The notes beneath the pieces were generated by a model. That model saw only the letters and a list, made by a program, of their open reading frames with translations. It searched no databases and was not told the origin of the DNA. Source: Ginglymostoma cirratum (lineage: Eukaryota). Taken from it: a stretch of 64,000 bases of DNA. The DNA lies in NCBI GenBank assembly GCA_024137785.1, contig JAHRHZ010000058.1, forward strand, positions 11,577,149 through 11,641,148, read 5' to 3'. The translations under genes were made by a program, and so were the position numbers. Shown here one piece after another: positions 1 to 12,570 of this stretch (position 1 is the stretch's first letter; every line of letters begins with the position of its first letter).

Positions 1-190
1 AAGTAGGTGACACCATTCTTCAAGCCACTTTCCCATTCCACATAATCATGACCGATTTTCAACTTTAATTTCACTTTCCTGCCCTAGCTCCATATCCCTT
101 GATTGCTTTGGTGTGCAGGAATATCTCTCTCAGTCTTGAATGTAAACAATAACTGAGTTTCCACAGTCCTCTGACAGAGAGAATTCCAAA
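1..190 (-). mobile_element. CR1 LINE 3' end fragment
   Basis: ccatatcccttgatt is the reverse complement of the CR1 3' motif aatcaagggatatgg. Confidence 0.6.
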
Positions 191-919
191 AAAATCACCC
201 CCCAAACCCAACTTGAAGTAGCCAAGCTACCTGTACATTTTACCAGTTGGGAAAGCCATACCATTGAAATCATTTTGGAACTAGATACACCCACTCGTTT
301 TAATGTCTCCCTCACCTTTTGCCACTCTTCTCTCTCACCCTCACACTCTCTCACCCCCTCTCGACAACCCATCCCTTCTCTCCCTTTCTCAACCGCTAGC
401 AAGTACTGTCTGAGGAAGCCTGAAAAAGGAACAGCAGGTAATTTTTCTCTAAGACTGGAAAACCTTTCATCTCCCCACTTAGCTGTTTTGCATAATACAT
501 GGCTGTAAAGGTGGCACTCCAGGCCTAATATTCCCGCATTGGACTTGGCAAGCGTGGAAAATAATCAGGTGAACTGGCCCTAGTACAATGCCTTCTTCCT
601 ACCCTCACCCTCCCACTTACCAATGACACCCTCATGACTCAAAATTTCCTTCAGTACAACAACAATGAAAGTTAGCCATCCTTCAATTAGTTCACTTTAG
701 CATCCTGTACATTTTAAAACTGCACTTTATCATCTGCACCAGCGCTCTTTCAGGTTATATCCAATGTTGCGAAACCTTTGCAACATTTTTAATTCTAAAT
801 TGTGGTTTTCATTCTGTGCTCAATCTGTTGCAATACTGTATTTTTTCACCTATGGAAAACTGCTAAATCTGCTAAAACTCTACTCTAATCATCACTTTCC
901 TAATCCATTCCTTCATCAA

Positions 920-1440
920 AATAGCACCTTGTATTAATATGGAAATTTTAGCATCTCAAGACACTTCACAGGAAGGTTATCAAAAACAATATTTAACATA
1001 GAACCACAAGACATTAGCATAGGCGGCAAAAAATCTTGGTCAAAGAGAGATGTTAAAAGAAGCTTCTTAAACCTTGAGAGGTAGAGAGGTGGTAATGTGT
1101 GAGGAAGGAGTTCCAGATCCTAGGGCACAGACAGTTGAAGGTGCAGTCACCAATGATGGAATGATTAAAATCTAGGAGGTCAGTAATGAAGGAGGCCACA
1201 TATTTCATAGTGCAGTCAGGTGTAGGGGTTTGGAGACTGGGAATGGTTGAGACAGTGGCAGGATTTAACAAGGAAGATGAACATTTTGAAATCGAGGTGC
1301 TACCAGACTTGGAACCACCAAAGTGATAAAGTGAGCCAGATGAATAGGATTTGGTGTGCGTTCAGAGGTGAGCAGCAGAGTTTTATCTGAGTTTATGGAG
1401 GACGGATGATAGCACACTGACCAGGAAAGCGTGGGAATAG
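920..1440 (-). mobile_element. L2-type LINE 3' fragment
   Basis: Reverse L2 tail (gcacctt...catctcaagacacttcacagg); minus ORF IIGDCTFNCLCPRIWNS resembles the L2 ORF2 C-terminus. Confidence 0.6.
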
Positions 1441-1989
1441 CCTCAGATGAGTTTGCTGAATCACTGTTCATCATCATATCTTTAATTAACTCACTTCTAC
1501 GCCTCAAAATTCATCCTTACTGTTTCTTTCACGTTGAGCTGGCTCAGATATTCTCTTGCATGAGAAATGTGATTTAAATACTGTAGTTCTTGCCAAGTTT
1601 ACTGTTCCTAACCCTGAACATGATCGCAGCACCCCTACCAGCTCCTGACTGAGCTAAAGGACATTCATGATTGAGTGAGGATTGAACGTGGGAATTTCCT
1701 GCTCTGCATGGTTCAACGACTTTGTATCATAACCATGAACAGAAGCCGGTCTGACTCATGCTGCAATTCATTCATTGTAGTCCTGTTGGTTTAGTTGGAG
1801 GAAATACAATCTTTCTCCACAAGACATGATCTTGGAAACCTGATCAAGATTCATCGTCCCGATAATACAGCAAAAAATCAGTGCAGCAGTGATTGCATTG
1901 CAGAACAGTTTCAGGCTCCCTTCCCTAAAACCTGCTTCATGTCAAGGTTTCTACAAAAAGAGAAAAATGTATAAACAACCTTGAATAAT

Positions 1990-2023
1990 TGAATGAATGA
2001 ATGGATGGATGAATGAATGAATG
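1990..2023. repeat. (GAAT/GGAT)n microsatellite
   Basis: tgaatgaatgaatggatggatgaatgaatgaatg. Confidence 0.9.
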
Positions 2024-2049
2024 AGGAAGGACATCTGTAAACCATTGAT

Positions 2050-3800
2050 ATCTTCTATTATATTCACCTGGTTATCTTTTGACGGCTTTCTCGGCTTATT
2101 CTGTACAACGTTCTTGCTGTGAAATGTAGCTTTGAAGTTACCCTTCTTGCACAAGATGACTCAGCCTCTTTGACAGGAGAATGTTTGCAGCCCTGTATTT
2201 TCCCGTCACACTGATAGCAGTTAGCTGAGATGGTTGACGTATGCTGTTCCTGCCTCCACTGTTACCTATGGCCACCTTGGTGGTTTCAAACTTAACATGT
2301 TCCACTGAGTTGCTCAGTTTTTGAGTTCTCACTTTCACCCTGAATCACTGACTGATGTTCATTCCTGACCTCAGCTGGTCTGCTCAGGTGAACTGCCTTT
2401 GTTAGGGGTTACGTTGTCTCTCGACTGCAAGAGGTCAGAGAGTGCTTCATCTACATGTCTGAAAACAGTTCTGTCCCAGATTGGTCGTTCTTCTATACTG
2501 TCATATTTACAGAGTGAAACCTTCAGTAATGCGGTCTAAATTTGATGATGGCCATGGGGAAGTGTGTGTTAGTCCATCTCGGGGAAGAGTAGGTTAGTTT
2601 ATCTCGGACGATAACATGATTCTCACTTTGTTACATGCACTGTGCTCCTGGACCATGTATATCTTACGACAGGTGGGTAGTTGATGTTCCCACCATTACC
2701 TGAAACGGGGAGGTTCCTGGAACCATATATAAAACATATCTGATTAGAATTAAACCAGGAACATCACTTGGATTCTTAGGATGCCTGAGGTAAACATTCT
2801 GGCCCTATCACCTTTCCAATCTAAGTCTGCCTCCCTTCCCCAGACCGATTTCCATCCAGCAATGCCCACATTCCCAGGAGTGAGTTTTAAAAAAGCCTAG
2901 TTGACCCACGTTCATTACGCTTCAGTCTGCCTGTCTCAGTCATTCTCTGTGCCTCATACATCTTATGCTACCATCACCCAATCCCAATCATGGCAGAGTT
3001 GAATGCTCCCCAAAGAGGACACAGCAGGGCCTATTCACGCCAAAGTCCAGCAAGTACAATGCCTCATCTGTTGCATGCCTCTTATATGGAATCATATGAC
3101 ACTTTTGCTCACTCACAGATAACTTAATTGGGAAGTAGATCTTAAATTTAACAAGATAGTCCTGTGAAGAGTCTTGTTTGTGAAAGATAAATCCACTTGC
3201 TGTGAGGAGTCTCAAGTGCCTTTAATGTATAAAGAACACAGTGCCTCCAGGATTCTGATTTTTGGCCTCATCTGTGGTTGAATCCCCACAGCTCAATTTG
3301 TTTCTGCCTTCTCGGAGCTCTGGAAGTCTGTACAGATCACAGAAAAATGTATCAATACTTGCCCCTTGCCATTGATTATGCTTGTTAAATTTAGCCTCCT
3401 CAACAATGAATACCTTTTGCAGATTGGAATAGGCAGAGAGTGCTTTTATCATTTCCTTGTATTTAGTTTTTTCTTCCTCACTCCTTTGCCTGATAAGGAT
3501 ACTGTCCACACAGCCACCCATTGCATACTATAGGGTAGTGACCCGCTCACTGTTCAGCTCTGCAGTGCGCCCAGGTACAGTGTAATGTCTTGTAAATCTT
3601 CAGTGCGAATTCACCATTTTTCTGCTTGATTGAGGCCTGCGGCCTGCTTGAAGCTTCTCATATTGTTCTGTTACTTGGGGCCAGCATACAATATTCTTTG
3701 CCTTGCTGTGCTAACAAGGAATATGTAAAGTCTGCTGAGTTCAGGAAAATGTTAACTTTATTTAAAAACTCTGTCACTATGGCTTCATCTTACCATAAGA
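2050..3800 (-). mobile_element. Decayed Gypsy-like LTR retrotransposon gag region
   Basis: ORF 3222-3521 IVEEAKFNKHNQWQGASIDTFFCDLYRL is gag-like; CKKGNF at about 2150 is a possible zinc-knuckle remnant. Confidence 0.55.
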
Positions 3801-5399
3801 CTGCAAGGGAAAGATCATGTGAGAATACATGATATCCTGTGATGATATGCACTCATCTCAATAACATATCATACAGTCTGATATCATCCCCTATAATACT
3901 GAGTTTTTGGTCTGTACTGTAAAAAGAGAGGAGAGACAGACATGCATACATGAAAAAACTGCACTGACATCATAATTCTAATACTTTGAATCTGACAACG
4001 AGGCCTGACTTTTCAATTCAAAACAAGTTTTAATTTCCCATCATGATTTGAATTGCTTACTCAATGTTTAATTTTACATTGAGTTTTACAGCACAGAGGC
4101 ATCCCCTTCAGCTGAATAGATCTGTGTTGGTTTTGTGCTCCACACCAGCCTCCTGCCAATGTAAATTATTTTCTGTTATGCTATTAATGCAGCTGATCTG
4201 TTCTTCTGCATGGTATTTATCCAGCTTTTCCTTCGATACTTTTTGTATCGACCTCTTCATGTAGAATTAAACTCTACATCCTAACCAGACTGTGAGTGAG
4301 GATACTTCAGTACATTGCTGCTGTGATTCTGAAACGTTGGCTGAGCAAATACTGAAATCATGTTTGCCATGATGACAGAAGCTGAATGATAACCCAATTT
4401 ATTAATGAAGCAAAAACTGCCTCTTGTACTTTAGGCCTCACGTTAGCATTAATTCACAATGTTCTTTTCAGTTCCAGCCTCAGTAAATTAATAAGTATAT
4501 TTTCACCGGATGTGGGTGCTTTTTTTTTATATCTCAGTTCTGCAGCAGACTGAAGTTTGCATACGTGCACAGTGCACTTTTCAGCATGCGTGGTTTAGCT
4601 GGTCCATCCCCTTGAGGAGCTTTGACAGAAGCCACAGATCTGCATGTATTTCCTGTCGGAGATAAGTGGGTCATACACATCAACGCCGGCTGGAGCAAGA
4701 GCTTCTGCATTTCTGAGAGTTTTGAAAAGAAAATTAAAATGTGACTTCACCTGGGTGAGCTTACTTCACTCATTGAGCAAAACGCAAAAAAATCTGTTCA
4801 CTCAGGCCTGTCTCAGAGAAAAAAAACTCCCCCAACACCTGAACAGGTCCTTCTAAGGTCTCACTGAGGCAACTCACCTATATTGTGTTTTCAAAGCTCC
4901 AGAGACAGTGAAAAGTCTGTCATTTCCTCTTCTTTGTAATGTTATCTATTTTGTTTTAGGTTTGCACAAAGATGGTGATGCAAGTGTGAGTTTTAGCATT
5001 CACGAACCACAATAAACGACATTGTTGCTTGTTTTACTAGTTGTACATGCTTACCACCCGCAGTTCAAACTTGTGCCCTATTCCAAGCCTCATGGGTGTG
5101 GTGGTGTGTACAGCCTAATGTTTGGAGGAGGGCAGCCACTGTTATAACTGTAAACAACCCACTCTGTGTTCTAAACTAAGGAGTTAGACTTGTGATGGTT
5201 ACCTCAGGAAAAAGAACACTTGACTTCTCTGACCAGGCAAACTATCACCCCGTTTACAACAGCAATTGCCTATTCAAAGTCCTTAATGTGTCTTTGCTAC
5301 TCAAGTCTCACCTGTCTTTCCCGAATTTCATTTTGGAATCGCTGAGTCAGAATTCTGCCGTACCACAGTACACAATCTATAATTATAAGCGACAAATCG

Positions 5400-6810
5400 C
5401 ATCCTATAACGTGACTTTGACCTTGGAAGCAATCTCTCCTCATTCTTTGTGACCTCTTGGCAGCTTTCAACATGGTTGACTGTGCCGCCCTACTCCAATA
5501 TCATGTTTCTATCATCACCCTGCCCTTGCCTGATTCCATTCACATCTATCAAATCATAGAAAATCACAGTCAGTGGCGTTGCTTCTCACTCCCCCGTTGT
5601 TACCTCTGGTCTCTCAAAAGGACCTATCTTTAGTTTACACCTATCACTCATCTCCATGCTGCCCTTCAGCACATCTTTCAAAAATACACCTTACATTCCT
5701 TATGTATATTGGCAACACCATTTCCAAACTGAACCCCACCTTTCTCTGATTAGTCAGAAAGCTTTTCTGCAACTATTGTTAGATGTACAGAAGTTTCCTC
5801 CAACTAATCATTTGGAATACAGAAGCTACTGTCTTTGGTCCTTACTGAAAATTGCAATCCCTAACCACTATTTCCTTTTCTGTCCCTGAGTCTGAAGTTG
5901 ACAGTTTAGAAACATGGTGTCCTATTTGACCTGAGATGAACAAGTAATCTTACATCTAATTCATCGCCAAGATTGCCTATGTAATGTTAATCTAATTCTG
6001 CATCTGCTTCCAATCACCTATTTGTGAAACCCCCGTCCAGGCCTTTGTTTCCTTCAGATTTGATGATTTCAGTGCTCTCCCAGCTGGTCTTCTATCTTGT
6101 TACCTCCCTAAACTTGCCAACCTCCCCAAACATCCTAAAATCTGTTGCTCATATCTTAACTTGTGTCGACCTGTCATCCCCTGTGCTCACTGAACTGTAT
6201 TCATTCTCAGTCTGACGATGCCTCAGTGTTAAAATTCACAGAATCACAGTATTGTCAAAGTGCAAAGCTTGTACTAGCTCTCCAAATGAGCATCATTATC
6301 TAGTGCCAGCCTCCTGCTTTCTCTCCTTGCCCTCGCACACTATTTCTATCCAAATAATCCTCCAGTGCCATCTTGAATGTCTCAATTGAACGTGCCACCA
6401 CCACATTTCCAGCCATACCCTAACTTCTCCCTGAGTGGAAAGGGTTTTTCCTTGCTCATTGTTGTTTTCAAATTGCTCCATGTTCTCACACCTCCTTAAC
6501 TCTGTAATCTTCCACAGCCCTATGAGCTTTTTCAGGTGTCTGTGCTCTTCCAATTCTGGCATTTCATAAATTGTTGATTTTAGTTGATCTACCATTTTGC
6601 AGCCGTACATTCAGCTGCTACCTCTAAGTTCTGGAACTAAACTTCACCTTCTCTCTACTTCTTGATTCTCCTTTAAGATACTTCTCAAATTTAAAAAAAA
6701 AGTCCACCTAACTGAATACGTTTTTGGCGTTCTGTAGCTCGATTTGCATATGTTTCATTGGGAAGATTTTCTGTTCAAAAGTGCAATTTACATGTTGTTG
6801 TTCTTGTTCA
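5400..6810 (+). mobile_element. Degenerate L2 LINE (RT remnants and 3' tail)
   Basis: gacctcttggcagctttcaacatggttgac (DLSAAFDTVD-like); tctggt...ggacctatctt (GVPQGSILGP-like); ends in a gttgttgtt tail. Confidence 0.65.
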
Positions 6811-7164
6811 GTAAGTGATGGTAGCGTATACATTGAATCAGAGGACAGTGTGTTGACCTGCTGTTAGTCAGGACCTTTCCATTCTCTGAAAGGGTTTATA
6901 TGGTTTTGCATTTGCATGGCTCTGTAATGACACCGTCATCTCATATTTATGAACGTTAGAATGTCTTAATAATACCTGGTTGATCAAGATCTGTTTGTTA
7001 TGTCTTGCATTTTGTGTTCAGCCGCACTGTGAATCTAATGCTCACTCGGTCTGACAGGCAGTGCTAGGTTTCACACATTCTTGTTTAGTTTCACTTTCGG
7101 TAATTTTCCATTTTGAATGATTTTGATACCAAAAATTTACAAACAAGTGTTTATAATGTTTTAT

Positions 7165-7285
7165 TGATGTGGGAGTCAAGGGATATGGAGAAGGTGACAA
7201 GTGGATTTAAGTTCATGACCACATTAGCCATGATCTAACTGAATGATGGAGCAGATTCTCGCGACCAAATGGCTTACTCCTGGTC
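7165..7285 (+). mobile_element. CR1 LINE 3' terminal fragment
   Basis: gagtcaagggatatggag...agccatgatct...gaatgatggagcag...aatggcttactcctg. Confidence 0.65.
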
Positions 7286-8444
7286 TTATTTCTTAAGTTC
7301 CCGTTAACACTGTCCATGGAAGAAACCTTTCTCTAAGGTGTTTCTTAATTGTATTGTCGCAAATTTTGAAATAAATACAAATTAAGGAATTCCATTGCCA
7401 TTTATAAAGGCAACATCTTCCTGTTTTTTGTAGCTCCTCCTGCCACCACCAGACTCTAAAGAGAATTGCTGAGGTAGTAGACGTTAGTTGCCTATATAGG
7501 TAATGATCCCTCTTTCTTTTCAGTAACTCTTTACTTCCTTTCAGTGAGATAAATGCTGGTTATTATTTACCCAAGAATCTATTTTCAGCTGAGCACCATC
7601 TGGGGGAGGTTTTTTTTGCAACAATTACAAAATGAAGTGAAAGTTGGTGGAGGAACTGCCTCAGGCCTAGAGTTGATGTTCTCATATTTTCAAACTGGGA
7701 TTTGAACTCTCAACTTTCAAGACCTGAGAGGAAGTGCTCTCGCCAAGTTATAGCTGACACCTACCCACCCGTTGGAATCCAGATGTGTTAAGTTACACCT
7801 GCCATCTCTCACTCCCATCGACTTGATGCGTGTAACCTTGTGGCCAGTCTTTTTAGACCACCTGAATGTTGTTTGGGACTGTGGCAAGTTGAAAAGGCCA
7901 ATTTATTAACATGTTTATTACCCTGTTGTTTATCAGAATTCAAGTCCTAGGGATCCAACTGGTGAAGGTAAACAGTGGAACTGATTTACGCATGTTAAAC
8001 TTGGAGTGCAGCCTTGTCGTGAATTCAATGCTGAGAGTATTTAGTTTTACACCCATGTGAATGGGGCACATGGACGCAAAGCTGGCAACTGAGTGTCAAT
8101 TATTTTGATCACCACAGACTTCTGCAGATCATTTCCCTTAATTGTCCAAGTTGACAATTTTGCTTTTGAAAATTTGAGCCTTTGCACCCTAAGAATTCTG
8201 AACTGATGGTCACTGTGTTTCAACTGACTGCCTTTAAAATAAGGAGCTGCATGCTAACTGACCACAATCTGCTTTCTTGTGATAATGTTAAGATTCTCCC
8301 AAACATGTCTCCACTTTGACTGAAATTAGGTTAAATTTGAATGCCACATTTTTTGTTCTCTATTAAACATTTTTAAATTGTGTTTCCAGTACAGATATTG
8401 CTACAGGTGTATATTAGATATACATATTTGGACTGTTTTTGATC

Positions 8445-8860
8445 TCAGGATGTCCAGAAGTGTTTTACAGCCAATAAAATATATTTTGAAGTATAGTCAA
8501 AGTTTTAATGGAGGAAGCAAAGTAGCACAATAAGAACCCGCAAACAGCAATGTAATCATTGCCCAGATTGCCAGTTTCACTGACTTCGGTTAAAGGATAA
8601 ATGTGGGCCAGGAGAGAAGGGAAGGGAAGACTCCAGGTCTTGCTTTCAGAATTGCATTGTGAGATCTTTTGTATCCATCTGACAGGATAAATGTTACCAC
8701 GATTTCTTTCTCATCGGAAAGATAATAACTTCAGCAATGTAGCACTCCCGCTGCTGTCCTGGAGTGTCACTCTGGATAATGGATCAATCTTCAGGTGGGT
8801 GTTTAATCTCTGGTATCCTGACACAGTTAAGAAGAGAGCACTGAGTCATAACTGAGACAA
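8445..8860 (-). mobile_element. Old Deu-domain-type SINE
   Basis: gatcttttgtatccatctgac...tctcatcggaaaga...gcactccc...ctggagtgtca resembles the reversed Deu domain; L2-like tail at the left end. Confidence 0.55.
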
Positions 8861-9599
8861 TTGGAAATATTTATCTCATTTTACACATTTCAGCTTATTT
8901 TAACTTTGGAAGTGGTGGAGTAACTGCAGTGCAATTTGTCAAACCATTAACCAGCCTGCCTGGTGTAAAATAGGTGACTGTTCCATTGCTGCCCATGTTC
9001 TGCATGTGAATGCTCACTGCCAAGAAGCAGCATTGTGTGAAGTAGAGAACAGTTTCTTTCATATTGGTCCAGAAATCTGCCTTCATGTTAACAGTGGGGA
9101 AGTAACCTTATTGAAACTTAGTTCTCATCTAGTTTGCAACAACAGCCACCTCTGTGACTTCTGTGGAATATTATTGCAGAATCAATAAAAAATATGCCCA
9201 GCTTGTAGACAATGTCATGATGCAATCTGTGCTCACTCAGACCGAAAGGAGAATTCCATCTAAATTTGCAAGTCCATTCAATCTGGGCAGTTTTTAAGCA
9301 AGGCAACTTATGAGCTAGATTTGCAACTTGTGGCTAGCATGAAACTGATGTTCCAGACCACTTGTCAGATTTTCAATTACTTTCTCTAACAAAGAGCTGA
9401 TCCATAATGCCAGTTTCACTTGCAGGTCTGGTGGAAATATACCCCAGTGTAAATATTAAGAAGAATTTAGCAGCATTTCCTCCGGCACAATAGCTGATGA
9501 TTGATTTTTCTGGTTTGATTGATCCAGCCCCCAGCATTTTGATGCACAGTTTTTCTGGCAGATGCATAAATACTTTATGATGTGTATACATTTCAGGAG

Positions 9600-11200
9600 T
9601 GCTGCCCCCATCATCTCTTTAGAGTAGGAATCTTCGGGGTCCACGTTGTCTGCTGTGGGATGGGAAAATTGCTTACTAGTCTAACAATCAGATGCTCTTG
9701 TCTTAAGCAAAGTGTAGCTAATTGTAAGATAGCAACTAAGTACAAGGTAAGCTGATACAAGTGATAAGGAAGACCCAGATAGTAGGTATTACTCCTTTGC
9801 GTTCCTAAGCTGTTCTCCCATAAAGTTGATAAGACATCTTTATAGAGGGTGGTGTCGAAGGCAATCCTTAGTATTAACCTTCTCAAACTCTTATATCCTT
9901 CTACAACCTCTCCCATCCAGCATTTTTTCTCCTCTATTTATGCCATTTACCACTGTCCCATCTTCCCTCAAGTTTCTGATTGGAGGTTTCACTTGGAAGA
10001 TAGGTGGATCCCTGGGTTGAAGACTGTTGACTTTGATTCTGTTCCATCAGTCTGAGAGTCATTTTCATTATGATGTTACTCATTGGGTTTGTCTCAGTCA
10101 AGCAGTGATGGTTGACTAATCTGCAATGGGTTTTGGTTTTCTTTCCTACAACTCCTAAGTTGTACGAACAGTGTACGATTGCTGCTTGTTTACAGCTTCT
10201 TAAATAACATTTCCTGTTAAGGTCCCATATCCATACGCATTGCCATTTGCCCAATGTGTTAACTATCTCACATGGTGATACCCATTGCATTGTGGGCCTG
10301 CTGTGCCCATGAGCTGGCCTTTCCTACGTGTATCTTAATAGTCCCTTGGCCATAAATTTGGAGTCAACTCCTTTGGCAAGAAACAGAGAAAAGTTTTCAG
10401 GTTTCTCTGGTGATAGACCACAATGGACAGGGGTAAATTGATTATTTAGCAATTCTTTATAGAAGTCAGCATATTTCTTCAAAAGCAGCTTGAGTTTATA
10501 GACCCCATATTCGGTTGTGGGCATCTCAGCAAGCCTGTGGCATGTTGAAATTTAGAACTGGCTGCAATTTGACTGAAACATTCATTGTTGGACTGTGCTC
10601 CACTGTTCAAAAGAACCACTTCAGGAATAGCAATGTGTATAATTCCTGCAAAACCCTGATAGCCACATTCAAATTAGCAGTATGTAACTTTTCACCTCTA
10701 TCCATTGCGAAAAATAGTTAGCAGCAATAAAAATAAGCAGGCCTGTGCCCATGGCCTGTTGGGGAAAGTGGTAAATATCAGTGGCTGCTGTTGCTCAGGT
10801 TATGGAATCAGCATTGACATATCCAATCTCTGTAAGTGATCTGTTGTGTTATAGTCAAATCATTCTTTTTAAATAGCAGAGAACTTCCCATGCCTGTGAA
10901 GTTTCCTTGTTTAGGACCTTTAGTATCTGGTGTCCTACTCAATGTATTCGTTTCTCATGTGTGTCTTTTGTGATTCTGTATCTTAAGAACTGAGTGGGTT
11001 CAGCTGATCTCCTGTGAGCAAATTGATCCACTCCTCTGTACAGCTGTCATATCTTGGCTTCGATCAGCAACTGTATGGCTTTCTCTAGAGTCACAAACAC
11101 TCTTGACTGTAATAAATCTGACAAAGATTCATCTGCAATTCCAAGAGCAATTCTATCACTTGTAAAGCCTGACTTTCAATCACAAGAATGGTGCAAGAAT
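9600..11200 (-). mobile_element. Decayed Gypsy-like gag/pol remnants
   Basis: Minus strand at about 11055-11160 reads DRIALGIADESLSDLLQSRVFVTLEKAIQL (gag-like); the leftward extent is uncertain. Confidence 0.45.
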
Positions 11201-11776
11201 GAGCGTTGGGTGGGTGTGGAGAGCTGCAGGAGGTGACCTAAGGGAAGTGGAACAGAATTGGGGAAGAGTGAGCTATCAGAAACAGGAAAGGGAGTGTTTA
11301 TTTATGTAGGGAAGGGGAAGAGGAAGAATTGGGAGGAGGGAAACTAGAAGCTTTCGAAAAATGGGCAGAGAGGCGATCTCCCAGATTAGGGAGCAAGAGT
11401 GGAGGTAAAGATAAAACTTGTTGATCGTGTTGGGAGAAGCAAGGCAACAGCTCAGTCACACTCATCTTCATTGTGTTGATATGAGAGTGTGGTAGAAGCA
11501 GGAGAAACAATATAACGTTTCTGTATTTGCTCAGAAAACCACATTGCAAGCTGTTCAGATCAGTCCTGTGACTCTTCCTGCTCACAATTCCAACAACTTG
11601 TCTGTGAGAGTCGCAAGGCAACTAAATGCTGATGCTTTCAACAGCATACACTTTAAAAATATGAACCTCAGTATCGGCTGAACACCCGCATGCATCCTCC
11701 AGCAAGACGGTAGTATACCTTATCTAATTAGATATGATTCAATAGAGTTAGATATGTTGCATCTGTATTGCAGAAA

Positions 11777-12152
11777 GGGGAGGCAATGGCCCAGTGGTAT
11801 TAGAACTGGACTGTTAATCTAGAGACCTGGATAATGTTCTGGGGACCTGGGTTCGAATCCCACCATGGCAGATGGTTGCATTTGAATTCAATAAAAATAA
11901 TATCCTGGAATTAAGAATCTAATGATGACCGTGAATCCATTGTTAATTGCTGGGGGGCAAAAGCTATCTGGTTCACTAATGCCCTTTAGAAAAGGAAACT
12001 GCCATCCTTACCTGGTCTGGCCTACATGTGACTCCAGACCCATAGCAATGTGGTTGACACTGAACTGCCCTCTGGGCAATTAGGGATGGACAATAAATGC
12101 TGTCTGGCCAGCAACGCCCTCATCCCATCAATGAATAAAGGGGAAAAAAAAA
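11777..12152 (+). mobile_element. Full-length tRNA-derived SINE (SacSINE1-like)
   Basis: A box tggcccagtgg, B box gggttcgaatccc, body ccatccttacctggtctggcctacatgtgactccagac, tail gggcaattagggatggacaataaatgctg, then an A-rich end. Confidence 0.85.
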
Positions 12153-12570
12153 TGGATTAATGTTCCAGGGAGATGAATTCAAGTCCTGGGAAACTAAGAG
12201 AATTTATATTTAATCAATTAATCTGTAACGCAATGTTAGTCTCATTAATAATGATTGCAAAATTACCGATTTGTCTCTAAAAACCCATGTGATTCACTCA
12301 TCCCATTCAGTGAAGGATATCTGCTATTCTTGCCATGTATGGCGTACATGTGATTCCAGACAAACAGCAATGTGGTTGATTCTTAATTGCCCTCTGAAAT
12401 GTTGGAGCAAGCAGCTCAGTTACATCAAACCACTACAGAAAAGAATCATCGTATAAGCTACAGTGATTCAAGAAGGCAGTTCACCATCACTTCCTCATGG
12501 GCAGTTTGGGAAGGGCAACAAATGATGGACTTACCAGCAAGTTTCACTTCTCTAGATTAAGTAAAATAAT
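12153..12570 (+). mobile_element. Second, older SINE of the same family in tandem
   Basis: tacatgtgattccagacaaacagcaatgtggttgattcttaattgccctctg...gggcagtttgggaagggcaacaaatg. Confidence 0.7.

Noticed and set aside
4750-4880. Imperfect inverted repeat (ggtgagcttacttcactcattgag / ctcactgaggcaactcacct)
   Set aside because: Too short and degenerate to support a call; probably an old transposon remnant
11777-11870. tRNA-like A and B boxes
   Set aside because: This is the head of a SINE, continuous with the SINE body, and not a tRNA gene
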